DNA of 64,000 nt, from NCBI RefSeq assembly GCF_009914755.1, contig NC_060927.1; one strand, written 5' to 3'. Shown here one piece after another: positions 18,218 to 30,790 of this stretch. A program made the translations under genes and the position numbers. This DNA comes from the human T2T-CHM13v2.0 reference genome, Homo sapiens. The notes below the pieces were generated by a model. The model searched no databases and was not told the origin of the DNA. It was given only the letters and a program-made list of their open reading frames with translations. The stretch's first letter is position 1. Each line of letters starts with the position of its first letter.

Positions 18218-18968
18218 TGATACGGACAGGAGGCAGGGAAATACTGGGTAGAAGAGGGTGGACCCCAGCGAGGGCCACACCCTCAATCCTGGGACCAAGG
18301 CCCAAAGTGAGAGCATGAATTCTTGTTTTCCCACTTGAATGCTGTTTTTGGCCTGCCCTTCCCCCATCCTGTACCCATAAAAACTCCAGGCTCCACTGGC
18401 AGAGTGGTGGAGTGGCAGAGAAGAAGAGAAGAGAAAAAGCAGCCAGATGTCAGAGAGAAGCAGCTTGACTTCAGGGGGACAGCTTGACGGCAGGAATTTG
18501 GGGAAGAGTTTGGTGGGGGATGGCCAAACTGCAGGGGGAGACCACTTTCCCGCTCCATTCCCTTTCCAGCTCTCCATCCCAGTGAGAGCCACTTTTATGA
18601 GCAATAAAATCTCCTGCATTCACCATCTTCAATTCATTTGTGCAATCTGATTCTTCCTGAACGCTGAACAAGAGCTCCGAATACAGAGAGCTGTCACACT
18701 GAGCTGTTAAACACTTAACCTTCCGCAGACAGCAAAGCTAAGAGAGTGCACTATAACACTCCCTCCAAGGCATCAGGCAACACTAGATGTTACCGCAGGG
18801 CCGGCAAGGGGTTCCTTCCTGCCAGTGCCCAAAGGCACTCACCCCAGCTGCTGTACCCTTTCACCTGCGTGCTTGCCCTCCTGTGAGGGGCTGAGAGCTG
18901 TGGGCTGAGTAAATGAGCCACCCTGTTCACAAGTCCTATGAAGGGGTCAGGGGAACTCTCTCATTTCA
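18218..18968 (+). mobile_element. MER50 solo LTR (ERV1), full length
   Basis: TG...CA termini: 'tgatacggacaggaggcagggaaatactgggtagaagaggg' to 'aaggggtcaggggaactctctcatttca'. TATA-like cataaaaa and an AATAAA at about 18603. Confidence 0.9.
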
Positions 18969-19190
18969 AAAATACATAGACTGACGTCTGTACATTTCTT
19001 TGAAATGCATCAAAAATAAAATAAATCGTTCCTTAGAGGCATGTTCAGATACATCAAGATGAAGCTATATCTGATAAAAGTAAATATATTAAATGTTAAT
19101 TACACAGTTGACAGTGTATATATGAATTTTTGGTGTAAAATTATTTCAACATTTCTATATGAAAATTATTCTAATGAAATGTTAGAAAAC
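18969..19190 (+). mobile_element. L1ME 3'-end fragment (split by MER50; starts near 18185)
   Basis: 'atgcatgttgaagtat' upstream of the LTR, then 'ctttgaaatgcatcaaaaataaa...aaaattatttcaacatttctatatgaaaattattctaatgaaatgtt' downstream. Confidence 0.65.
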
Positions 19191-19929
19191 CTGAACACCT
19201 TTTTAATCAGCACAATTTAACATGAAGAATACATTCTCAGTGATTATTTCTATGCACTTGAGAATTTAGAAAAATCTATTCTACTAGTTTCATGATAGTA
19301 TTTTACATTGCTTTAAATTAATTTAACTTCAAATATCTAGTTCAATGTATACCTTGATAATTGTTTTAGTAGGTAATCTTAAATGTGCCTTTCAGTTTTT
19401 TTATTTCACTGTGAATAGGTAGGTATTTTAAAATACAGAGGAGCAAAATTCTGAAATATAAATTATCTGTGTACTCACTACACTGAGATATTTAGGATAA
19501 ATTTTTACAGATTTGTTTTAATAAATGCCCTTTTAAAAGTTGAAGAGACTAAAGCAAATATATGGGAAGCATTTATTATCTTTGTCATTTAATTGATTTG
19601 GCCAGAAACTTTGCTTCTTAACATACAAATTTATCATTTTTCATCTGAACTTTATTGTGACAAATATTTGTTTTTATCCTTCATATTTCTCATTGACCTA
19701 TTCCATGGGTATTTTGTGTTCTATTGATTTTCTCAGCTGGTAGAATATTGCACATGCAGTTTATAATATAGTATTATTGGATTGTACTGTCTCCATAGCC
19801 TAGAGATTGAAATGTTTATTAAGTACTATTGGATAAGTACCACTATGAATAGTGCCAGAAAAAAAACATAAAGAGAAAGAAAACTTACTTTAAAACATGT
19901 TAAATAGGTCATTTTGTTGGACAGCTGAG

Positions 19930-20040
19930 ATAGGTCACTTCTCTGAGCCCCAGTTTTCTAACTTTAACAGCTTTAAGAGGCTTAAAATAAAATACTTGTA
20001 GCACCTCATCTGGCACGTGCTCAGCAAATCTAAGTGGCAG
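19930..20040 (+). mobile_element. MIR fragment
   Basis: 'aggtcacttctctgagccccagttttct...ctggcacgtgctcagcaaat' matches the MIR core and tail. Confidence 0.55.
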
Positions 20041-20567
20041 TTGCTGTTGTATATTATTTTTAATTTATACATTGTTAGGATATTGGCAGACAAAAATGTA
20101 CAAGAAAAGCCTTTAAAATAAGTTTTAACATTTTCTCATAAATATTTTTACATTTATATTTTTATTAAGTGGCTTTTCATTGATAATGTAATATTGGTAT
20201 TTTCAGCTCAGACAAGTTCTGACTCAAAAAGAATTTTTGTTGAGTCTCGGTTAATAAAAATTTTGTTACTTAATCTAAATTAATAAAACTCACCTAATGT
20301 TTTGGATTGTTTGGTAAGACATCATTCTTTTACCTCTTTACTGGGCTAGTGATTCTGGTAATCCAATTGTGTGTAACAAGTCATTAATGAAAGCAAAGGC
20401 TATGTTCCTCAAATTATAGAATTTTTTTTTAGTTTCTTTTCAAACTAAAAGTTTTCCTTTTGTCACATAACAGCCATTACTAATCTATTCTGATATTTGT
20501 AAAATCCTCACTTTCTATCAGTTTTTTTCAATCACAAAGAACAAATTATATATTAATTTTGCTGTCC

Positions 20568-20686
20568 TTCTTATCTAATGGAATTTCCCTTCCAATTCAC
20601 TTTATGTGAGTCATCTGACATGTGGCAAGTACCAGTCTCACAGATGGATCAGTAGTGGCAATCAAACAATTGCTGAGTTTTGCAAC
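20568..20686. promoter_or_regulatory. Candidate enhancer motif cluster (GATA, NF-kB, AP-1, C/EBP)
   Basis: GGAATTTCCC 20580-20589 (reverse complement GGGAAATTCC), TGAGTCA 20607-20613 and TTTTGCAA 20678-20685, all in non-repeat DNA. Motif evidence only. Confidence 0.35.
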
Positions 20687-21654
20687 ACAGGTGCTTGGAT
20701 TGGCTTTGCTTGCCTGCCAGCAATATACAGATTTTTGGCAGACTCCTATAGTTGTAAAAAGAATCAGAGGGAGAGCACATACTCATTTAGTTGGCACTCA
20801 TCCTTCTCTGAAATAGGTCCCACAGTTGAGCCAAATCCACTGCTATCATTGCCTCTTAGTTTTTGAATTACTATTAGATTCTTGACCCATATCTGCAAGT
20901 TGAGAAAAAACAGTGTGGTTTAATTACAAATATATAAATTTAGAATGGAAATAGTTGTGTTCTTTTATACAATATCTACTACTAGCAAAGTAGTGGGAAC
21001 TGAGAAAAGTTGAAGATAGTACTTTAACTTCTTCAACCAAAATGAAATGTTTTACAACAAAAATAGAAAGATACTTATAAAAGATTTGCTTTGAGAAAAG
21101 TCATATTTTTGCTAGTAGTTTTCAAATCATACCTTTGGTTTTCCAACTATACCTTTGACCTTTCTGCTTGAAGATGTATCTAGGAAGAGTGGTTACTATT
21201 CTTATATGTGGTGGAACTGAAAATACTGTTTGTGAGCTATTTTTCAGCATTAGTCCATACAAAAGTTTGCTTGTATGAAACTAGCTGAGCTAGTTTCCGG
21301 AAATTTTTATATGAATTAAATACTGACTCACTCTTCATACCTTCTATTAGAATGTATAGATAAAGTGGAAGACTGCTCCTAGAGAGAAGCAATTGTGCCT
21401 GGTAAGTGTCATGGAAAGCTGCAGAAAGAAACTGATACATGCTTACTATACAGGATGTGTAATTCATTAGGAAAGTATGCAGATGTTAGTAATTCAAAGG
21501 AAAACAAAATAGCAGTTGGTTTTAGAAGATAAGATTTATGTATCTTTATTGGGATTAACTAGGGAGGTGGTTGGAGAGAGATTCTGGATCAAAATTGAAG
21601 ATCTAATAATTTATCCTAAGAAGTATGAGTTTTATTTTAATATAAGCAATGCAA

Positions 21655-22390
21655 ATTATAAGCATGTCCAGAACAGAACACTTGAATTACACACTCAGCT
21701 CACAGATTTGTTCCACTTCCTGAACTTCCCCATCTCAGCTTCCCTATCTCATCTCACCACAATATCCACCACAATATGCAGTTAATCAAACCAAAAATCT
21801 TAGCAATTCTCAAGAACTCATTTCCTTCACACTCCATATTTAATACATTAAAAATTTTGATGATTTCACCTTCAAAGTATATTTTATTTCTCTTATCTGA
21901 AACTTAACTACTACTATTCTCTTTCAAGCCACAATTATTTCAGCCCAAGTCATTTCCTATATGGACTATTTCAATAGCCTTTTTATTGGTCTCCCTGTTT
22001 CTGCTAGGGCTACCTTTCCCAAGAATCTATTTGTCACATAGAGTCACAGTGATCTTTTTGAATCTATGTCAGATCATGTTATTACCATGCTCATTATCCT
22101 TCCAATATCTCTCCACTGAACTTAAAATAAAATAACAAGACCTAATGCTCTTATAAGACCCTACATGATTCAACTTCATCTCCTATGGATTTTCTATTTT
22201 TTCTAAATTCCAATTTTTTCTTAAAACACAATAAGCTCATTTTTGTCTTGGTGTTTTTGCACTAGCCTAGAAGGCTCTTCCTCAGATTTTTGCATGACAG
22301 TCTCATTATTGGCATCTTCATCTCAGATTTAAGTGTTATTGACTCCTGACCACTCAACCTAAGGATGTCCTCTAGGCATATGCTATCACA
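21655..22390 (+). mobile_element. L2 LINE fragment
   Basis: 'aagcatgtccagaacagaac...ttccccatctcag...aaccaaaaatcttag...tggactatttcaatagcc...cagtgatcttttt...cagatcatgttatt'. Confidence 0.75.
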
Positions 22391-23339
22391 GTGCCTTTCT
22401 AAGTAAGCTCTTTCTGAGTGCTGCAGTCGGAAATGGAAATAAGAAATGTGGGCCAGAATGTAAAACAAGACACCACTTTCTTTACTGAGAAAGACTTACT
22501 GTATAAAAAAAAGGCAAATATAATATCTTTTGTGTAACAGTCATACTTCCTTTATTCAAAAAATACAGAAGCCTCTATGGTGAAAATTCTACAGAGAGAT
22601 ACATCTATCTTGATCAGAAAACAGATCTGAGAATCTGATAAAGAACCTGACTGGGTATGTTATTCTGGTTTTTTTGCTCTTTGTTATTACTTCCCCTTAT
22701 ATGTTAATGGAAAAAAGAAAGGAATCCATGCGAGTAGCATGAAGGTTAAAGGAATTCTGTCTGGGTGTGGTTATGACACCAAAATTTTGGTGCCTCTTAT
22801 TGAAGTGGGGAAATGACATGGGCTTTAGGCAGGTCCTCATGCTTATTTTGTTTACATTCCAACAACCTAGGGTATATATAGATTCAGATATTGATGGAAG
22901 AAAACCATAGTTATCATGTTAACATTCCATTATGTAAATTGAAGACTATAAATTGTATTTGTATTTAAGGGTCTTATTGATTATTTTTCTTTCTTGTGAA
23001 AGAACCAATGCCTTGGTTGAGATCCCAGAGTTCTGTACCACAGAGCATGGAAGAGGCGTATTTCCCTGGAAATGTTACCAATTATTGGGGAACTTTAGTG
23101 AAACCCTTGCCAAATGTATAATTTTAAGTACCTCTGTCTCCGTGGGTCCTTCAGGATTAGTTAGCAGTAAAGTGCTATTCCAAGTATTTGAAGGCATTAA
23201 CATGTTGGAAGGAAATATTTAGCATTATCTATTAAAATGCTGAAAAACACCTGCCAAAAGGAACAGTATGGATATTCAGTTGTTATTGTAATTTTTCCCC
23301 TGAGAAAAATTAAACAGGTTTGGCAGCCATTTTAAAGTT

Positions 23340-24480
23340 AAAATTCATTATTTGTTTTGAATAGGTAATATATACACATGCTACAAAGTATAAAAGGCAC
23401 GAGAACATGAGAAATCATTCTCAGTCTTATATCTGTATCACGGCCATCCTGTTCGCTACCCACAGGTATTTGTCGTTATGTTATACTTTTTAAATGTGTG
23501 CCTCTAGAGATAATCTATTCATTTTCAAGCATATATATCATGCATATTGTTTTTTTAAATAGAAATCGTAATACATATATAATACTATGTACATTGATTT
23601 GTTCTAACTTAAGAAAAATCATGAAGTTTTTTTTCATATTAGCACATAAAGAGTTACCTCATCTAACTGCTGTATGATACTTCATTTTATGAGTAAATCA
23701 AATTAACTTGAATTCCTTTTTTTACTGGTAGACACTTAGGTTGTTTTCTAATCTTTTTCTAATAAAGTAGAGTTTTTTAAAGCTTAGTAGAGTTTCTAAA
23801 ATATATGTACTACTCTAACACTTTTTTCCCGTTGAGAAATAGTGCTCTTTTTTAACTTACAAACAAAAGTTTCATTTAATACACTTTTTTCTTTAATTAC
23901 ATCTTTATTTTATTTTTTTTTTTTTGTCCTGCAATTTCGGTTTTCAGATTTTAGTGTGCGGGTTTTATTGGATTTTCTTTAAAAATCTTTCTTACATGTT
24001 TTATCTGTTTTTTAAAAAAACTTTTTTCCTTTTATTTTATTTAGTTTACTTTTCAGTCCTGTTGTATTTTCATTCTATTTTTATTCATGATTGTTCTAAC
24101 TTGTGTTGCCCCTAATGTTGACTTCACAACTGAGAGATTATTTTTTTTCTTCTGCGTCTTTCCTGTGTTCTGCTAACTCATGCATTGTCACTGGAATCTA
24201 CTACCTCTTTCCTGAATTCTTATTTCTGGGCTTTGAATTGCTGATTTATGTCACTTCTTGTTGCATTATTATTTTCTTATTGAATAACAACATATTTGGT
24301 CACAATTTATATCTGCTCCTTTAGACCATTCTTCTTTTTCTACTGTGTGTTTTTTTGTGTTCATCATTTATTTTCCTTTTTCACCCCAGTATTTTCCTGT
24401 ACATCTTTTGCCAGTTTCCAAATTTGTGTTGAGTTCTATGACCAACATTTTACAGAAACATTGTGTGAGACAGAAAATTT
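23340..24480 (-). mobile_element. Ancient L1ME fragments, antisense
   Basis: T-rich stretch including 'ctggtagacacttaggttgttttctaatctttt' (antisense L1ME 3' region). Very diverged. Confidence 0.5.
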
Positions 24481-25927
24481 TAGGGTATTATTAAATTAAG
24501 GCATCATTTCCTAACTTTACTATTGAAATAAATTATTATATTCACAATACACTTTTATATTTAGGTATACATCTTAAAATCTCTTAGCTTAGTGGGCCCG
24601 CTTGTTCAACTTGACCTTCATCAACCAATGCTATCTTAAGATAATAAAAAGAAGAGGCATTGAATACATTAGAGAAAAAAGAATTGATTTATTCCAACTC
24701 AGGGTTAGAACTATGCCTCTTAACTCTTAATTAAAAAATACTTCAATGAATAATAAAGACAATCCTTAAATGCTACTGAACGTATAAGCATGTTATAATA
24801 AAATATGTCAGAGTTATTCTGTCTATTACAAAGAAATAAAATCCTTGCTAGAAGTACTAGTTGAATTGAAAACTGGGGTAATGTGATTCAGTAAAAATAG
24901 TTTTAGAATTCTTGTAACTATTATGTGATTATGCTAACATGTATTTTTGGATGCCTCTTTTAATAGAACAATTAATACCAGTATTATGATTACCTGTTTA
25001 TACCAATGTAGCCACATTACTTACTTTTTTGTGGGGGGTATTGCCCTTTGAGATTCTGATGTAAGACCTCTGACACATTGACTTACCTAAACTTTTTGAG
25101 GATATACAGGTTATATTACTTTTTCCAAGATAGGAATTTCTGCACCAAGTCACACAATCTCAACCTATGTCACTTCAGATTTTTAAGATTTAAAAAATCT
25201 ATACCACTGCAGTCAGAAGCTTTTGGAATCTACCATTTAAACTAATAATTTTCCTGTTACTGAAAAGGGAGTTAGGCAAAGAGCAAACAGACCCTGACGG
25301 TGATCCCAACGACCACGTTCATTTGAGGCTGAAATAAAATGAAGTAAAATAAAATAAAAAAAAAAACACAATGAAAACCAAAATGAAATGTAGCATCGCT
25401 AAGGCAATTTTCTGTCTCTCTGACCTATTTTGAGAAAGAACCCTCTAGAATCCATATAAATATCTCCTCTGTGGGAGGGCACTCCACTGGAATTTCCTTT
25501 AAACACTACAAGATATTGGATTTCCACATTGATAAATTAGTCATATTAAATATAATCTTTCTCTTCTTCCTTTGCCTGTGCCTGGAGTGTTTGACCAAGA
25601 AGCCCCAATAATTTTTGCCAAAACTCATCTCAACCTTTATAATAGCGTGTTAGCATAGGCCTATGAAAAAATCCTTTATTTAAAAGGAATGAATATAACC
25701 AAAGATAACCTACTTGTGAAATTCTTTTACTATAGAAGTATTTGGATTTTTAAAAAAATATTTATTAATATATAAGAATTTATTTTCAAATAATTAATGG
25801 AATATTTCTGCATTTATAAAACTGTAACAGTGAATTGTAAGGAAAGATTAAGTTGAAATAAGAAAGCCTATATAAAATGCAAAATAAAAATTGTTAAAGT
25901 AAAGTAAAATAATGATGGTAGTAATAA

Positions 25928-26240
25928 TGATAGGGACGGAAGGCAGAGAAATTCTAGGCAGAAAAGTGCTGAGTCCCTGGCAAAGCCCCATCCTCAAGCC
26001 TGGGACCCTGTGACTCAAATTGAGAATATGCATTCTTGTTTTCATGCTGGAATGCAGCCATTTTTAAAACCACCCATAGCCCGCCCTACTTCCCCCATCC
26101 TGTACCCATAAAAACCCCTGACCCAACTGGGTTCAGAACAGAGATGGGGAGAAGGGGAGAAGCAGCTGGACGTCCGAGACTGTGGTTTGACTTCAGAGAG
26201 AAGCAGCATGACTTCAGAAGAACAGCTTGATGCCATTGCT
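25928..26240 (+). mobile_element. MER50-family (MER50B-like) LTR, 5' ~310 bp only
   Basis: Homologous to 18218-18500 ('cccccatcctgtacccataaaaac', 'cagagagaagcagcatgacttcag') and truncated after 'cagcttgatg'. Confidence 0.85.
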
Positions 26241-26299
26241 TTCAATTTTATGCCATAAAATTGAGTCTCAGTCCTGGAGTGCCAGGTCTGCTCAATCCA

Positions 26300-27285
26300 G
26301 ATTTGCACACAATCTCTAGGTAATCTCTTTCAGTCCTATGGCTTTATATACCATCTTTGTATTGGAGACTCCCTGATTTCTATCACTAATACAGACATCT
26401 CCCCTCAACTCCACTCTCATTAAACAAAGTGATATTATAGATATCTAATAAGAAACTGCAAGTTAACATGACCTGAAACAAATTCTTGTTGTTTCTCTAT
26501 TTAGACCTGCTGAACTGATGGTTTTCTCAGTCTTAGAAAGTAGTCACTCTATTCAGCAAGTTATTTAGGCAGAAAATCTTATTGGCTGTCTATTCCTTTG
26601 TCTTTTGGCAAATCCTATTAGCTGTTGGTTAGAAATGTAAATATAATACCTGCCATTTCTCAAAGCTATGACCTTCGTTAGGCCACACCATCCTCTCTTG
26701 TCTAGAATAGTTAAATAGCTTCCTCCAATCACACACTTACCCTGCTAGTCTCCAAGGAGCCAGAGTGACCCTTCTGAAGTCACATATAATTCTGATCCTG
26801 TTGCTCATCTGCTCAAAGCCCTGTAATGGCTTCCTATCTGCCCCCTCCCCACTTCCTATCCTCATCTCCTACCAGCGTCCCTTGTTTTCTCCAGCAGTAT
26901 GCCTCCTTGCAATTCTCTAAACACGATATATGAGGAGAAGCCTCCCTAGAGCCTTCTCATTTATTTCTTCTGTTGGAACTGATATTCCCCAAGTTATTTG
27001 CACAGTTTGCGGCCTCCTTTCCTTCAGGTTTGGCTGACATATCATCCGCTATCAAACAGACTTTGCCCGATTGTACATCTTTATTTTCTTACTCTGCTAT
27101 ATTTTATTCATGGCCCTCACATTATGCAATTTTACTGTTTCTTGTTTATTGTTTCATTGTGTACCCTATACCAGTAGAATGTGAATTCCATGAGAAGATT
27201 TTTCTGCTTTGAACACTGTCATATCACAAGTGCCTAAAACTGTACATGGACAATAATAATAATAGCTGCTAAATTGTAAATAAAA
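26300..27285 (+). mobile_element. L2a LINE 3' portion
   Basis: 'ctaggtaatctctttcagtcctatggctttatataccatct' (RT end) through 'ccagtagaatgtgaattccatgag...agtgcctaaaactgtacatggaca' (3' tail). Confidence 0.8.
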
Positions 27286-27402
27286 ATGTGTGTGTGGGTA
27301 TATATATATATATATGTATATACATATATATATATATACATATATATATCTCCCAGTATATCCTGAGAAATATTTTTATATGTATATATAATATATATGT
27401 AT
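27286..27402. repeat. Compound (TG)/(TA)-rich microsatellite
   Basis: Read directly from the sequence. Confidence 0.85.
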
Positions 27403-28609
27403 GCAGTTTTACAAAATATAAACATTCATTAATACATGCATGTGGGAATATATCATAAAAATAGAGGTTATCTCTAATCAGTATAATTCCATTTTTTCAT
27501 ATTTCTAAGATTTTTTTAATGAACACATATTTTTAAAATAAGGACATATCTTAGTAACATTTTCTACAGATAAATGAAAAAGAAAAATAGAGGATAATTA
27601 ATTGGAACATGAATATACAACCATCAAATTGTTTTGAAGATAGAGGACCTGGGATACCTGTCCTCTTATATGGTACCAAGGAGTCCTTCTCTAAGGCTTC
27701 TTTTAAAATCTGTTCAGTAGAAGCACCCTAAATGGAAAAATGTCTCAAAAGATTCCACCATTGAATATCTTTAGATGGGATCCAAGCTAGACTTATTTTA
27801 CTGAAATTGACACCTTATGCATTGCAGTGATAATAGTGATATGATCCATCAAATACTTTTCATTAGGAGTTTAGCATATAATAGTTTGAGTTTTTCTCCT
27901 TTCAAGGGATAGTGGCGGTTAAAAAAGAGGTTGAATAAATAGTTATAAAAGGTACTAGACAAAGTTAGAAAAGTTAGAATGTTTTTCAGGCAATGAAGAA
28001 TGCATGCAAAATGGTAGAATTTTATATATCAGTGCGAACTGCTAATCAAGAACCTTAGATTATTTGGAATTTGAGGCTTTCCTTGGTCACCTTCAATCCA
28101 CTATAAGTAGATGGCTACCTCTCTAACTGGCTGTTACACTATGAACTGGGAGGAAGGGAAGGGTACTAACTTCCTGTCTTTGAGAGCTTACAAAATCTGA
28201 AAAGACAGAAGGAATAGTGTTCTGTTAGAATTCTCATTTAATATTTTGCACATGACTTCAAAGAGACAACTCCAAGGGAGATTATTAAAATTTTATCTTT
28301 CATGGTTATGTGAAAATGTTAATTCACTTACCAAAGAGAATATTATGCACACATTTAGTTTAATATTGAAATGCCACAGAAGATGTTAGCATTTGAGATT
28401 TTCATTCATTTATTACCTTGCACAAAGATAGTAACTTCAAAATTATCATATTACAATGTTGTAAAACAAAGATAGCACATTTCAACAAAAGAAAACCAGG
28501 GAGATGTCTTTAAGAGCAATGGGAGAGGAAGCACCCTCTAGGACTAGAAATGTTGCTTTGTATCTGAGACTATAAACTAAAGACAAATTCCTATTGATGT
28601 GTTGAAAAA

Positions 28610-28785
28610 CAAGAGCAAAACCAAGTTTTATGCATCCTGAAACTCAGACTCTTTAGGGAACCCACTCTAAGAAAAATAATATAAACTTACAAATATATAA
28701 TTATACACAGTGCCTTTGAAGGGGGTCTTTGCAAGTCAGTATCTCTAAAACGTGTCATTTTAGCTTCCTGATAACTCTTTTTCTG
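28610..28785 (+). mobile_element. Short hAT-class DNA transposon relic (MER96B/MER53-like)
   Basis: 'ctctaagaaaaataatataaacttacaaatatataattatacacagtgcctttgaagggggtctttgcaagt' resembles a remembered consensus. Family name uncertain. Confidence 0.5.
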
Positions 28786-29362
28786 GCAGAATGTTATTTT
28801 CCAGGGCCGGTTCCCAAAGGCCTAAGATATAATGAAAATTTGCATTACAGATGTAAGTGTAATCCTTTAAATCACCAGTGACTTTTAGACCATGACTCAA
28901 GCTCTCTAGTTATTCCTTTGCATTAATGGAAAAAGAAAGAAAAGAAACCCTTTATACAAAATAAAGTAATTAATTTGTTCAGAGTCATTCTGTCAGGAAA
29001 ACAGTATAACCATGAAAACTTAAATTTGATATAGAAGGGAAGAAGAAGGAAAAAAAACTCTGACAACATTAATAAATACTAAAAATGCAAATGCCAACAA
29101 CTTGAGATTAACATGGGTATGCAAATTACTATCTGCCTGGGGTCTAAAAGATATTAGCAAAAGATTACACAAAAAGTAGGTATTCAAGACTTCTTATAAA
29201 TTCAGGTTCTGCTACTCACTTCATTAGATTGTCAAGAGAATCACTGTTTCTAAAGGAATTCTGCTGTAGGCACATATTTTTATTCTCCTGATATGGTAAT
29301 AGAAAATCGGTAAAATTTAGAATGTGCCCTAGGCACTTTAAGAAGTGTTGGATTTTGGTTAC

Positions 29363-29912
29363 TGTCAAAGTAAAAAATGCACCAGATAAAGTTTAAACAG
29401 ACAAGGAAGACTTTATTTAAGACTATTTCAATAGGGGAGTAAGACTGAACTTAACTTTATTGAAACAAAAAAACATGGTTTTTAAGTGCTGAGGTGAGCT
29501 AGTGGGAAAGTACTAGAGGGCATTAGAAGAGGGTTAATCAGTGGGATGTGCAGAGCACATTGAGTAATTCCCCAGTTTGCGAATGTTTTTCACAGTGATT
29601 GGACCATCTGTGTTTGGAAATTGGTGCCCATTGAAGTTAGGTTTTTGCCTTCATACTTACATTGGGAGAATGGAAACACTATCTCTTTTGATGTTAACAT
29701 ATTAAAGTGATTATTTCCCCAGTCCTTGAGAAAACCATAATATCCTGGATTATAAAACTGGTAAGAGGCTGGAAGAAGATTTCTTTATGTTTCAAAGGGG
29801 CAGATACAAAAAATTGCAAGTTTTCTACAGCAACTAACTGCTTTAAGAAAAGAGAAGTCAAGGCCTATGGCCAGGGGAAAACCCTGATATCGCTGGATAT
29901 CCAGAGTTTAGT
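29363..29912 (-). mobile_element. MER67-like ERV1 LTR, nearly complete
   Basis: 'tgtcaaagtaaaaaatgcaccagataaagtttaaacagacaaggaagactttattt...ccagtccttgagaaa...aagaaaagagaagtcaaggcctat'. Confidence 0.75.
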
Positions 29913-30691
29913 ATGGTTACTAAAGCACTGTAGCTTGCTTTGGGAAGTCAGGTAATATGATTCCTCCAGTTTTGATCCTTTTTGTTAGGATAGTTTTTGT
30001 TATTCTGGGTGTTTTGTGGCTCCACAAAATTTGGGGGTTCTTTATTCTATTTATGTGAAGAATGTCATTGGTATTTTGATAAGGATTGCATTGAATCTGT
30101 AGATTGCTTTGGATATTATGGACATTTTAACAATACTGATGCTTCTAATCCATGAACATGGAATATTTTTCCATTTTTGTATCTCCTTTAATTTATTTCT
30201 TCAGTGTTTTATAGTTTTTGTTATTGAGATCTTTCACTGATTTGGTTATGTTACTTCCTAGGTATTTAATATTATTTGTGGCTATTGAAAATGCGATTAC
30301 TTTTTAATTTTTTTTCAGATTGTTCACTGTTGGCATGTAGAAATGCTACTGATTTTTGTATGAAAATTTTGTGTTTTGCAATTTTATGTAATTGAGATAT
30401 GTTCTTCCTAAACCCTATTTTTGAGGATTTTTATCATGAAGGGATGCTAAACTTTATCAAATGGTTTTTCAGTATCAATTCAAATGATGATACTGATTTT
30501 GTATTTTATTCTATTCATATGATGTATCACACTTATTTATTTGTGTATTTTAAAACATCCTTGCATCTCAGGAATAAATCCCACTTGGGAATTACAAGTA
30601 GTTTATTTAATGTATTGTTGGTTTTGGTTTGCTAGTATTTTATTGAGGATTTTTGCATCAATATTCATCAGAGATATTGGCCTGAAGTCAG

Positions 30692-30790
30692 TCTTTCTTT
30701 CTTTCTTTCTTTCTTTCTTCCTTCCTTTCTTTCTTTCTTTTTTCTTTTTCTTTCTTTTTTGATTTTTTTTGTTTGTTTGTTGTTTTGTCT
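30692..30790. repeat. (CTTT)n / T-rich microsatellite expansion inside L1 ORF2
   Basis: Read directly from the sequence. Confidence 0.85.
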
